Numbered from the stretch's first letter, positions 1 to 8,455 are shown. The stretch: DNA of 15,695 bases from Acinetobacter johnsonii CIP 64.6 (GCF_000368045.1 NZ_KB849235.1:45108-60802), one strand, 5' to 3'. Made by a program: numbers and translations. The notes: a model not told the origin generated them from the sequence alone.

Positions 1-106
1 TTTGTTGATTAATACAACTATTTGCAGACTTCTCTAGAGCAACACGTGCATGATTAGATAGCTTCTTAATTAATATTTTAAGGTTATTCATATGTAACTC
101 AGTCAT
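1..106 (-). CDS. tssH: 5' end (first ~30-35 codons) of a ClpV/TssH-like AAA+ ATPase gene, truncated by the window edge
   Basis: Hand translation of the reverse strand from ATG at 106..104 gives MTELHMNNLKILIKKLSNHARVALEKSANSCINQQ, open to position 2. An alternative in-frame ATG lies at 91..89. The pattern L-x-x-KL-x-x-x-x-R-x-ALE-x-(A/S)A-x-x-C resembles the start of the Clp-N domain in ClpV/TssH proteins. It is divergent from the T6SS operon. It is too short to appear in the ORF track and only about 35 aa are visible. Confidence 0.45.
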   Translation of the reverse strand, partial: MTELHMNNLKILIKKLSNHARVALEKSANSCINQQ

Positions 107-328
107 GCTTTATAGCAAAGTTTTTACAAGACAAATATGCCAATGGCTATCTGTGTTTTTAGTGTAAATATAAAATTATTTATAAATTAGCATTTTACAA
201 GCCATTATAAATGCTATTTGGCGAGTATTTTATATATATGGCATCATAATACACAAATGAAATTTAGATAAAAAAGAAGATATATTACAAAAAACAAACA
301 TAGTTACTTTTGAGTAATATTTCTTTCC

Positions 329-358
329 TTGACTTTAGGTACCATATTTTTGTTAAAT
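329..358 (+). promoter_or_regulatory. Candidate sigma70-type promoter for the asaA-tssB... operon (TTGACT-N18-TTAAAT)
   Basis: TTGACT at 329..334 (5/6 of TTGACA), an 18-nt spacer, then TTAAAT at 353..358 (4/6 of TATAAT), about 100 nt upstream of asaA. The region is very AT-rich, so chance hexamer matches are common. Confidence 0.2.
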
Positions 359-466
359 CCAAGCGCATTATATAAGCAGAAAGTATTTACCTAGGGTGTG
401 TATATTTTAAATCGCAGTTACTGATAATAATTTTAATTTTTTATTCATAAAGGTTTGAGGCAAGTT

Positions 467-1117
467 TTGAAAAAATATTATTTAATTTTACCTACATTTG
501 TTTTATTGGCGGTGACACCATTTACTTTTGCAGCGGCAGAAGAGGGTATTAGTTTAAAAAATAAGTGTATTAAAGATTACCCATTGGTAAATGGTGAGAC
601 TGATCACAATTTACTAAGTTTATATGCACAAATTTGCGATAGTAAAAATAAAAAAAATGATGAGCTAAAAAATAAATTATTAGTTCAAGCTGCAAGTCGA
701 TATCAAGAACTAGGGAAAAGTTATAAAGCACTTCAACTGGTTGAAGAGTTAAATACGCGAAATATTAATCATACATCATTAACAGATACTCGGTTTTTAG
801 CTGGCGTTTCGATTGCAAATACGGCGTTAAACCATATGCGTCAAGAAGAAATGCGCTATTTATCTGCAGACTTAACTTATCCGCCTGCTAAAGATTTGTC
901 TAATCTCGTTCGTAACTCTTTGCCTGCGCCAGATACGAGTGATGCAAAGGCCGTGGTGATCAAAGCACCAAAGAAAACCACGCGTAAAATCGCAAGTTCA
1001 ACCAAACAAACCACAAAGAAAACAATGGCTCAGGTGGCAAAACCCAAAAAAGTTGAGAAAGCACAATCAACTGAAGTGGCGAGCAAACCGAATACGAATC
1101 CCTTCAATTCACTTTAA
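467..1117 (+). CDS. asaA: AsaA-like Acinetobacter T6SS-associated protein. It is exported, with an N-terminal signal peptide and a Lys/Thr-rich C-terminal tail
   Basis: The ORF is open from TTG at 455. TTG at 467 is preceded by GAGG (457..460) at 6-nt spacing and yields MKKYYLILPTFVLLAVTPFTFA/AAEE, a textbook Sec signal (KK n-region, hydrophobic core, A-x-A-like site). Its position immediately upstream of tssB matches asaA in Acinetobacter T6SS loci. The C-terminus, KAPKKTTRKIASSTKQTTKKTMAQVAKPKKVEKAQ, is low complexity. Confidence 0.7.
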   Translation: MKKYYLILPTFVLLAVTPFTFAAAEEGISLKNKCIKDYPLVNGETDHNLLSLYAQICDSKNKKNDELKNKLLVQAASRYQELGKSYKALQLVEELNTRNINHTSLTDTRFLAGVSIANTALNHMRQEEMRYLSADLTYPPAKDLSNLVRNSLPAPDTSDAKAVVIKAPKKTTRKIASSTKQTTKKTMAQVAKPKKVEKAQSTEVASKPNTNPFNSL

Positions 1118-1157
1118 AAACTTTCATTTTTGAAATAATAAAAAATAGGATTTTCAT

Positions 1158-1661
1158 ATGGCTAAACGTGAAAGCGTCCAGAAAAAGTTACAGCGTATTC
1201 GACCACCTCGGGTACAACTGACTTATGATGTTGAGGTTGGTGATGCTAAAGAAATTAAGGAATTACCATTTGTTGTTGGTGTTTTAGGTGATTTTTCCGC
1301 GGCATCTGAAATAGAAAAAACCAAGCTCAAAGACAAAAAATTTATTAATGTTGATTTGGAAAACATTGATGAAGTCATGGAGTCTTTAGCACCACGTGCA
1401 GCCTATCAAGTTGAAAATACATTGACTGAAGAAGGTGGACGTATGTCTGTTGATTTGACGTTTAAGTCGATGGAAGATTTTCGTCCTGAAAATGTGGTTC
1501 AGCAAGTGGATCCTTTGAAAAAGTTGGTAGAAGCTCGTGAACGTTTGACTGATTTGCGTAACAAAATTTCGAATAATGAGCGCTTAGAAGATCTACTTGA
1601 TCAAGTTCTGCACAATACAGATCAAGTGCGTAAAATGAGTGTGGAGGCTGAAAATGAATAA
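1158..1661 (+). CDS. tssB: T6SS contractile sheath small subunit TssB (VipA)
   Basis: ATG at 1158 with AGGA (1147..1150) 7 nt upstream. The 167 aa product has an N-terminus, KLQRIRPPRVQLTYDVEVGDAKEIKELPFVVGVLGDFS, typical of the TssB/VipA family. It lies directly upstream of tssC and overlaps it. Confidence 0.93.
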   Translation: MAKRESVQKKLQRIRPPRVQLTYDVEVGDAKEIKELPFVVGVLGDFSAASEIEKTKLKDKKFINVDLENIDEVMESLAPRAAYQVENTLTEEGGRMSVDLTFKSMEDFRPENVVQQVDPLKKLVEARERLTDLRNKISNNERLEDLLDQVLHNTDQVRKMSVEAENE

Positions 1662-3135
1662 TGCCCAATCTGCTGCAGTTGCTCAAGATACCACTGAAGA
1701 ATTTACGCTATTAGATTCAATTGTTGAACGTAGTCGAATTGCTCGAAATGAAGAAGAGCATGATCGTGCGAAAAGTTTAATTGGCGAGCTCGCTAAAGAA
1801 GTGATGGCGGGGACGATTACTGTTTCAGAAAATATGACATTATCGATTGATAAGCGTATTGCTGAAATTGATGCACTCATTTCAACGCAGCTCAGTAAAA
1901 TTATCCATGACGAACAATTTCAAAAAATTGAATCGACATGGCGCGGTTTATATTACTTTTGCCAAGAAACGCCATCTAATCCATTGATTAAGATTCGTAT
2001 GTTGAATACAACGAAGAAAGAATTAATCAAGGATTTTCAAGGCGCAACGGACTTTGATCAAAGTACATTGTTTAAAAAGATCTATGAAGAAGAATATGGG
2101 TCATTTGGTGGTGCGCCATATGCCACATTAATTGGCGATTTTGAGTTTGATCGTACACCTTCAGACATGTATTTGCTGGAACAAATTTCACATGTTGCTG
2201 CAGCTGCACATGCACCCTTTATTTCTGCAGCAGATGCTAACATCCTCGGATTGGAGTCATTTACGGATATTGACCGTCCGCGTGAAGTATCCAAAATTTT
2301 TGAAACCGCTGAATATGTTCAGTGGCGTTCTTTCCGAGAAAGTGATGATGCGCGCTATGTTGCATTAACAATGCCGCGTGTATTGGGTCGTCTGCCTTAT
2401 CACCCTAAGGAAGGTACAGCGACTGAAGGCTTTAATTTTGTGGAAGAAGTCTCAGGGCAAAATCACGATGAATATTTATGGATGAATGCTGCCTATGCTT
2501 TTGGCACGCGTTTGACCAATGCTTTTGATATGCATGGTTGGTGTGCTGCCATTCGTGGGGTTGAAGGTGGTGGTTTAGTAGAAGGATTACCCGTTCATAC
2601 CTTTAAAACCAGTGATGGTGAAGTGGTCTTTAAATGTCCGACTGAAATTGCGATCACCGATCGTCGTGAAAAAGAGCTCAGTGATCTTGGCTTTATTCCT
2701 TTAGTACACTGTAAAAATACAGATTACGCAGCATTTTTTGGTGCGCAATCGACGCAGAAACCTAAAAAGTATAATAGCGATTCTGCCAATGCAAACTCTG
2801 CTTTATCTAGCCAAATTCAGTACATTATGGCCGTTTCACGTATTGCACATTATTTAAAAGCCATGATGCGAGATAAAGTCGGAAGCTTTGCTTCGGCTGG
2901 AAACATTGAAACATTTCTAAATGAGTGGTTGGCTCAATATATTTTGCTTGATGACGGGGCTTCACAAGAGGCGAAAGCGCAATATCCGCTGCGTGAAGCA
3001 TCTGTCAAAGTTGTAGAGAACCCAGCACAACCGGGGCACTACAAATCTGTGGTTTTCTTAAGACCACATTTCCAGTTGGATGAGTTGTCAGTATCACTGC
3101 GACTTGTTACTGAGTTACCTCAGTCCTCAAACTAA
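1654..3135 (+). CDS. tssC: T6SS contractile sheath large subunit TssC (VipB)
   Basis: The ORF is open from GTG at 1639. ATG at 1654 has GGAGG (1643..1647) 6 nt upstream and gives a 493 aa protein (MNNAQSAAVAQ...), the usual TssC length. This start overlaps the tssB stop (TAA 1659..1661). Family-typical segments include YEEEYGSFGGAPYATLIGDFEF and PRVLGRLPY. Confidence 0.93.
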   Translation: MNNAQSAAVAQDTTEEFTLLDSIVERSRIARNEEEHDRAKSLIGELAKEVMAGTITVSENMTLSIDKRIAEIDALISTQLSKIIHDEQFQKIESTWRGLYYFCQETPSNPLIKIRMLNTTKKELIKDFQGATDFDQSTLFKKIYEEEYGSFGGAPYATLIGDFEFDRTPSDMYLLEQISHVAAAAHAPFISAADANILGLESFTDIDRPREVSKIFETAEYVQWRSFRESDDARYVALTMPRVLGRLPYHPKEGTATEGFNFVEEVSGQNHDEYLWMNAAYAFGTRLTNAFDMHGWCAAIRGVEGGGLVEGLPVHTFKTSDGEVVFKCPTEIAITDRREKELSDLGFIPLVHCKNTDYAAFFGAQSTQKPKKYNSDSANANSALSSQIQYIMAVSRIAHYLKAMMRDKVGSFASAGNIETFLNEWLAQYILLDDGASQEAKAQYPLREASVKVVENPAQPGHYKSVVFLRPHFQLDELSVSLRLVTELPQSSN

Positions 3136-3181
3136 TTTGAGTGCCAACACATAATAACTTTAGAATAGGAAAAGATTACAA

Positions 3182-3685
3182 ATGAAAGACATATACGTAC
3201 AGTTCAGAGGTAAATATAAGGTCGATGGCGAGTCGCGCGATACAGAGCACCAAGGTTGGTTAGAGGTGAACTCTTGGTCACACAATATTCGTCAGCCAAA
3301 GTCTGCAACATCATCAAGTGTTGGTGGTCATACGGCAGAACGTGTTGAACACTCAGACATGCTTTTTGTTAAAGATTTGGATGCAACCAGTCCAAAACTT
3401 TGGGAAGCATGTTCAGCCGGTTATACCTTTGATGAAGTACAAATTGATTTTTATCGCGCAAATGGCGATAAGCGCATCAAGTATCTACAAATTAAATTGA
3501 AGCATGTTTTGGTTTCAAGTGTTACACCAACAGTAAGTGAGGAAGGTGTTCCGCTTGAAGGGTTTGGTTTGAAATATGCTGCTGTGGAATGGACGTATAA
3601 CCAGCAAGATATTAATGGCACACAAAAAGGTGCTGTGACCAAGAAATGGTCTTTATCAAACAATACTGCATCATACGCTGCATAA
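3182..3685 (+). CDS. hcp: T6SS inner tube protein Hcp (TssD)
   Basis: ATG at 3182 with AGGA at 3167..3170. The 167 aa product, MKDIYVQFRGKYKVDGESRDTEHQGWLEVNSWSHN...DATSPKLWEACSAGYTF...KYAAVEWTY, has the typical Hcp1-family pattern and length and closely resembles Acinetobacter Hcp as I recall it. Confidence 0.95.
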   Translation: MKDIYVQFRGKYKVDGESRDTEHQGWLEVNSWSHNIRQPKSATSSSVGGHTAERVEHSDMLFVKDLDATSPKLWEACSAGYTFDEVQIDFYRANGDKRIKYLQIKLKHVLVSSVTPTVSEEGVPLEGFGLKYAAVEWTYNQQDINGTQKGAVTKKWSLSNNTASYAA

Positions 3686-3697
3686 AAATAACTGAAA

Positions 3698-3730
3698 AAA
3701 TAAAGGCTAACCAACGTTGGCCTTTATTTA
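3698..3730 (+). terminator. Rho-independent terminator/attenuator immediately downstream of hcp
   Basis: AAATAAAGGC (3698..3707) pairs with GCCTTTATTT (3720..3729) around a CTAACCAACGTTG-type loop, followed by a T-rich run. It lies 13 nt after the hcp stop and 7 nt before the tssE ORF. Confidence 0.6.
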
Positions 3731-3736
3731 TGCGAG

Positions 3737-4228
3737 ATGATTTTAATCAACATGAATCTAGATCAGCTTTATCCCTATGGGTTTAGAAAAACGCTATTTG
3801 ACCGATTACTACCGACCACTGAACAGGACCGATTGGGGATGTCTCTTCAGGAGCTACGTGAATCCGTCGCGACCGACTTAGAAGATTTGTTGAACAGTCG
3901 TATGGCCAATTTTAATGATTCAATTGATGCTTTCCCGTTGGTGAAAAAGTCCATTGTTCAGTTTGGAATCATTGATTTTGTTGGATTATCGACTGCGAAT
4001 CCGACCGATCGCGATAAAATTTGCCAATCGATTGCTGCGTCTATTACAGCGCATGAGCCGAGACTAAAACAAATCAAAGTCGAAATGTTGCTCGATGGGC
4101 AGAATATGGGGGCTTTGTGTTTGAGTATTCAAGCCTATTTAAATATTCATCCTTTATATGAACCCGTCATTTTTGATGCTTTGCTCAAACCGACAACACA
4201 ACAATATGTTATTTCTGCAAGAGCTTAA
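3737..4228 (+). CDS. tssE: T6SS baseplate subunit TssE (gp25-like)
   Basis: The ~160 aa ORF has the segment SLQELRESVATDLEDLLNSR, typical of the TssE/GPW-gp25 family, and is positioned between hcp and tssF. The start is uncertain: ATG at 3737 or in-frame ATG at 3752 (MNLDQLYPYG...), and neither has a strong SD. Confidence 0.85.
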   Translation: MILINMNLDQLYPYGFRKTLFDRLLPTTEQDRLGMSLQELRESVATDLEDLLNSRMANFNDSIDAFPLVKKSIVQFGIIDFVGLSTANPTDRDKICQSIAASITAHEPRLKQIKVEMLLDGQNMGALCLSIQAYLNIHPLYEPVIFDALLKPTTQQYVISARA

Positions 4229-4240
4229 TGGGGCTGATTT

Positions 4241-6049
4241 GTGATTGAAGAATTATTACCGTACTACGAAAAACAATTACAAGAATTTGGGCAGCAGTCC
4301 CGTGAGTTTTCGCAAAAATACCCCAAAATCGCTCAGCGTTTATCCTTAAACCAAGAGCAAGTAGATGATCCGCATATTGAACGCTTAATTCAGTCTTTTT
4401 CTTTAATTGCAGCAAGAATTGATAAGAAACTGGCGGACAGTTACGACATCTTTACCCGGTCTTTGTTTGAGGTGATGTTTCCTCAATACCTTAAACCATT
4501 TCCTGCATGTACTGTGGTCAGTTTTGAAGACTTAAATAAGTGTAAACAATTAACTGAAGCTCATCTTATTCCTAAAAATACTGCAATAAAATCAAGAAGT
4601 TTTAAAGGCGTACAGTGTGAATTTAGCACCACACAAGAACTAAAGTTATTACCCATTGAACTGAGTCATCTCAATTTTAAAACCAATCCTAGTGCGCATA
4701 TGCATTTAAATCAAAATGCAACGCTAAGCTTGGGCTTTAATATTTTTAATCAGACACATCGAACTTTAGAAAAAGAAAACTTGCCTATTTATTTGGATGC
4801 GATATCCAATTTTCCACTACAAGTTTTGGATGCTGTGTTCCAGTCGGGTACAGGATTTTCATTAAAGTTTGGTCATCGCGTCATCGACATCCCAAATCCG
4901 TTTAGTATCATGGGTTTTGCTGAAACTGAAAGTCTGTTGCCCTTGGATCAACATACACATCATGCATACCGGCTGTTGATGGAATATTTCTGTTTTTCTG
5001 AAAAATTTAACTTTCTCAATATGAACTTAGGTTTGTTAAAATATTTAGAAAAAGAGCAAAATCAGTTTGAAATTTTGATTCATCTTAAACTGAATTTAAA
5101 TGATCAGGTCAATATTCGAAATTATTCTGAGTTGAATGTCGCAAACTTTAAATTATATGTGGTACCAGTTATCAATTTATTTAAAAAACAGGCTGAACCT
5201 CAAAAAATTAATCATCAACAACTCGAATATCCTTTAATTACCGATGCTCATCATCCTGAGTTTTATCAAACTTATTCGATTACTAAAATGCAAATGATTC
5301 GTGAAAAGTCGAATAAAGATCAAACTACTTTTGACATTTATCCATTCTTTGCGATGAGTCATTATCAAAAGGATGAGACTCAGTTTTTTTATAGTTTGAA
5401 TTCGGCACAGCTACAAAATAAATATGTTGAAACAGGTTATAGTATTATTTCAAAACATTTATCGCCTGAAACAACCAAATCTGATTTTATCAGTACGCAA
5501 TTATTATGCTCCAATCGTGATTTACCCCATGAGGCATTGAGCCAAGCCAACAATATATTAAATTTGAATGATAGTAGTCTGGCACGGCGAGCTGTGGTTT
5601 TAAAAAGACCGAATAAACCCTATTACTTTGAACAAAATAAAAAAGAGCAATGGCGGATCATTTCGCATTTATCATTAAATACTTTATCTCTCACCAAGGG
5701 CGATGCTTTAAGCCATATTCAGGAATTGCTTGAACTGTATAACCTGCCTCAGCTCAAAGAAAACCACCTTATTATTAATGCGATTCAGTCGGTTAGTTTT
5801 GAATTAAAGCAAAAGATGGTGGATGCAAAACCATTCCCACTCTTTATACGAGGGTTGAAAGTAAATCTAGGGATTGATTCGAAAGTGTTTCGAGGACATA
5901 GCCTGTATATTTTTAGTCAGTTGTTGTCGCATGTCTTTAATCTAAAAGTCCAGATGAACAGTTTTGTCGATGTTGTTATTTCAGATGCTCAATCTCAACA
6001 GGAGTTATACCAATGCGTGCAGAACGTTGGTGGCAAGACACTTCTATAG
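4241..6049 (+). CDS. tssF: T6SS baseplate subunit TssF
   Basis: GTG start at 4241 with GGGG at 4230..4233. The N-terminus, MIEELLPYYEKQLQEFGQQSREFSQKYPKIAQRL, matches the conserved TssF opening (LLxYYxxEL...EFxxxYPKIAxRL). The product is 602 aa and is followed by an overlapping tssG. Confidence 0.92.
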   Translation: MIEELLPYYEKQLQEFGQQSREFSQKYPKIAQRLSLNQEQVDDPHIERLIQSFSLIAARIDKKLADSYDIFTRSLFEVMFPQYLKPFPACTVVSFEDLNKCKQLTEAHLIPKNTAIKSRSFKGVQCEFSTTQELKLLPIELSHLNFKTNPSAHMHLNQNATLSLGFNIFNQTHRTLEKENLPIYLDAISNFPLQVLDAVFQSGTGFSLKFGHRVIDIPNPFSIMGFAETESLLPLDQHTHHAYRLLMEYFCFSEKFNFLNMNLGLLKYLEKEQNQFEILIHLKLNLNDQVNIRNYSELNVANFKLYVVPVINLFKKQAEPQKINHQQLEYPLITDAHHPEFYQTYSITKMQMIREKSNKDQTTFDIYPFFAMSHYQKDETQFFYSLNSAQLQNKYVETGYSIISKHLSPETTKSDFISTQLLCSNRDLPHEALSQANNILNLNDSSLARRAVVLKRPNKPYYFEQNKKEQWRIISHLSLNTLSLTKGDALSHIQELLELYNLPQLKENHLIINAIQSVSFELKQKMVDAKPFPLFIRGLKVNLGIDSKVFRGHSLYIFSQLLSHVFNLKVQMNSFVDVVISDAQSQQELYQCVQNVGGKTLL

Positions 6050-7011
6050 TTGATGTACTGGTTGAACAACCGAACGCTTTTGAATTTATTCAGGCCACGC
6101 GATTACTACGTCATGCGGAGGCTCCCCATGCTCAAAAAGAAGGGGATTGGGCAAAGCAATTTAAGTTTCATAGTTCACTGAATCTTAATTTTCCGAATGC
6201 AGAAATTGAGAGTTTGACCCTTGACGAAGAAAAAATTCACTTAACCAACTTAATGATTGGTTTAACTGGGATTCAGGGCACCTTACCGTATAGCTATACC
6301 AATAAAATTAAACAAAGTGCGCGTATACAACGGAATGAAACACTTCATTTTTTAGGTTTATTTAATCACAAGCTCACTGCGCAATATGTGGATGCATCTT
6401 TAGCTTACCATTTACCGATTCGCTATGAGATTGAGCAAGAAAACCATTACCTCGATATTTTGCATGCACTAAATGGCTATGTGAGTGCTCAACATGAGCA
6501 GCAGGATTTAGATCATTATTTTGCTGAATTCGCTGGATTAATGCAGGGGCAAAATAATACATCACATGCGCTAAAAACCATGCTGAGTTGTGTGTTTAAG
6601 CAACCCTTTAAGATTAAAGAATTTGTTGAAGAGGTCTTTCATTTGTCCCCTGAACAAAGAAGCACACTGGGTGGTAATAATCAATTGGGCATTAATACCT
6701 TTTGTGGAGAAAATATCCGTCAAATAGATGGAAAAATTGAAATAGAAGTTGGCCCCGTCTCATACACCGAGTATTTAAAATTTTTACCCGATCAAGCTGA
6801 GAGTATAAAACTTAAACGATTACTTGCAAGCTGGCTCAGTCCAACGCTTGGGGTGGATTTAAGAATCATCCTGAGGAAAGAGGATATTCAACCGATTCAG
6901 CTGAGTTCAACGATGACCATTGGTTTATCACAAGGCGCTTTTTTAATGCCGATGCCAACTGAACACAATCATGAAACCTGTTATACATTGATGGGGATAG
7001 GGCATGCTTAA
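6013..7011 (+). CDS. tssG: T6SS baseplate subunit TssG
   Basis: ATG at 6013 with GGAG (6001..6004) 8 nt upstream. It overlaps the tssF 3' end by 37 nt. The N-terminal FEFIQATRLLRH motif is typical of TssG. The product is 332 aa. Confidence 0.9.
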   Translation: MRAERWWQDTSIVDVLVEQPNAFEFIQATRLLRHAEAPHAQKEGDWAKQFKFHSSLNLNFPNAEIESLTLDEEKIHLTNLMIGLTGIQGTLPYSYTNKIKQSARIQRNETLHFLGLFNHKLTAQYVDASLAYHLPIRYEIEQENHYLDILHALNGYVSAQHEQQDLDHYFAEFAGLMQGQNNTSHALKTMLSCVFKQPFKIKEFVEEVFHLSPEQRSTLGGNNQLGINTFCGENIRQIDGKIEIEVGPVSYTEYLKFLPDQAESIKLKRLLASWLSPTLGVDLRIILRKEDIQPIQLSSTMTIGLSQGAFLMPMPTEHNHETCYTLMGIGHA

Positions 7012-8431
7012 GCTCTTTATTGGTACTTTGAGCAGCTTGTTGTTGCTTGTTGCAGGAATCGTCATTTTTTATTGGCGAGATATTCAATATGACCCAACTG
7101 GGGCAGACCTGCTCAATTATTTGCTTCTATTTCCACTGATTCTGTGTGTGATTTTATGGTCTCCTGTATTTATTTATCATGCCATTAAAGCCCACCAAAA
7201 GCGCAAAGAGCAACAAAAACAAGCGCAAGTAGAGCAGCATCAGGATGATGACAACCAACAGGCTGAAGCTGTTGAAGTTCAGTGGTTGAACCTGAATATT
7301 TATTCCTCGTCTGCATATAGTGCTTTTGGGGAAAATGACGAGATTCTTGACGAGATTAAAAAATATAAAAGCCCAGAGCTCGATACGCAATTACAAAATG
7401 CCTATGGCTTACCGATGCTGTCTTATCGCATACATGCACTAGATCATGTCATTACAAATCAGGACGATGGTGAAGTCGTTGATCATCCGCGCCATCTGCG
7501 AATTCAAGCTCTGATCGAGCATCAACTAGAGCAACATGCAGAAACATTGTGGCAAGTCTCGCAGCATTTAAAGCAATCGGCTTTATTTTATGACAGTGAA
7601 TTGGCCTATGAATATCGTATGCATCCGGCATGGATTGATCCTACGAGTGAATATGATAGCAATGAACCAGAGGAACAACCTGATGTGCAGCAGGTTGCTA
7701 AATTAAACCGTATCAATATACATATGCTGCTGCCTGAATCGATGTTACATGCTTGGAATGAAGAACAAAGCAGTGGCGTCGTACAGGATTATTTAAGTTC
7801 ATTAGGCGTGATTACGCAGCAAATTCATCTTGAGCACCATTATTTCAGTCAAGAAACAGCCTATAAAGATTGGATGCTGTTATTGGAGCAAATTTCTCAG
7901 CAGTCAGAGGAAATCACGTTCATCCTGAATGTAGATTCTGAAATTGACCAAGAACTGCTTGATGAAAAAACATGGTTAACCGACCATTACTTGCCTGCTG
8001 AATATGCCTCTAGTTGGTGCTTAGCATCATCTTCTTTACCATTACTTGATATCAAACCCTTAAAACAACTCAAGATTGCACTAAACGAGGCCAATCTTGC
8101 CAATCATTTTGAATCCCCACCGATGAAGCAATTAGAACAATTTAAAGATATTCAGCCTTTTGTGCTGATGCTCGATGATATTACAGACATTCAAACCATG
8201 AAAAAACTTAACCAAATTTTCGATCGAAGTGGGATTGAATTGCATCACTTCATTCATACCAAACAAAGCTTTGGACATACGCAGCATTTGGCCAAAGTAT
8301 TTGGATTTATGTTGAGTATGCATTTGCCTGATGAGCTGATGGCGATGATTTATAGCACTGATCAATTGTCTACACATTGTTTTCTACATGCGTGTGAAGA
8401 CAGTAATATCCCTGTAGAACCAACCATTTAA
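7004..8431 (+). CDS. asaB: AsaB-like Acinetobacter T6SS-associated membrane protein. It has two N-terminal TM helices and a large acidic domain of unknown function
   Basis: ATG at 7004 overlaps the tssG stop (ATGCTTAA; TAA at 7009..7011). The hydrophobic segments LFIGTLSSLLLLVAGIVIFYW and LLNYLLLFPLILCVILWSPVFIYHAI are followed by a charged, Gln-rich linker (KRKEQQKQAQVEQHQDDDNQQAEA) and about 380 acidic residues with no motif I recognise. Its position between tssG and tssM matches asaB in Acinetobacter loci. Confidence 0.7.
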   Translation: MLKLFIGTLSSLLLLVAGIVIFYWRDIQYDPTGADLLNYLLLFPLILCVILWSPVFIYHAIKAHQKRKEQQKQAQVEQHQDDDNQQAEAVEVQWLNLNIYSSSAYSAFGENDEILDEIKKYKSPELDTQLQNAYGLPMLSYRIHALDHVITNQDDGEVVDHPRHLRIQALIEHQLEQHAETLWQVSQHLKQSALFYDSELAYEYRMHPAWIDPTSEYDSNEPEEQPDVQQVAKLNRINIHMLLPESMLHAWNEEQSSGVVQDYLSSLGVITQQIHLEHHYFSQETAYKDWMLLLEQISQQSEEITFILNVDSEIDQELLDEKTWLTDHYLPAEYASSWCLASSSLPLLDIKPLKQLKIALNEANLANHFESPPMKQLEQFKDIQPFVLMLDDITDIQTMKKLNQIFDRSGIELHHFIHTKQSFGHTQHLAKVFGFMLSMHLPDELMAMIYSTDQLSTHCFLHACEDSNIPVEPTI

Positions 8432-8455
8432 ATTAAAAAAGAATAAGAGAGTATT

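Noticed and set aside
340-375. Possible second Xer site upstream of asaA (TTTTGTTAAAT at 348..358 resembles a XerD arm; GCGCAT at 363..368 resembles part of a XerC arm)
   Set aside because: The half-sites are not arranged as an 11-6-11 unit. No matching partner arm exists at the right spacing on either strand, so the operon is not visibly bracketed by two Xer sites within this window.
650-657. A8 homopolymer in asaA (650..657) and another in tssM (9071..9078), considered as possible slipped-strand phase-variation switches
   Set aside because: A-runs of this length are common in Lys-rich coding sequence of AT-rich genomes. Both are currently in frame, and there is no evidence of variability from a single sequence.
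1462-1880. Minus-strand ORFs 1462..1686 (74 aa) and 1683..1880 (65 aa), antisense to tssB/tssC
   Set aside because: They lie entirely inside strongly supported sheath genes, their products are low-complexity or odd in composition, and they have no SD. They are typical shadow ORFs.
2082-2368. ORFs 2082..2294 (-) and 2132..2368 (+), in alternative frames within tssC
   Set aside because: They overlap a conserved TssC region, have no ribosome-binding site and no recognisable motif. They are chance open frames in a moderately AT-rich gene.
3318-3714. ORFs 3318..3500 (+) and 3451..3714 (-), overlapping hcp
   Set aside because: They are embedded in hcp, which is an unambiguous call. The minus-strand ORF also runs through the hcp terminator. 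No support for either.
4209-4415. Minus-strand 68-aa ORF spanning the tssE/tssF junction
   Set aside because: It is antisense to two well-supported genes and has no start context or motif.
6374-8377. Minus-strand ORFs 6374..6565, 6866..7087, 7154..7390 and 8132..8377
   Set aside because: All are antisense to tssG or asaA-family coding sequence, and all are short. The 7154..7390 product looks hydrophobic only because it mirrors the asaB TM and Gln-rich region.
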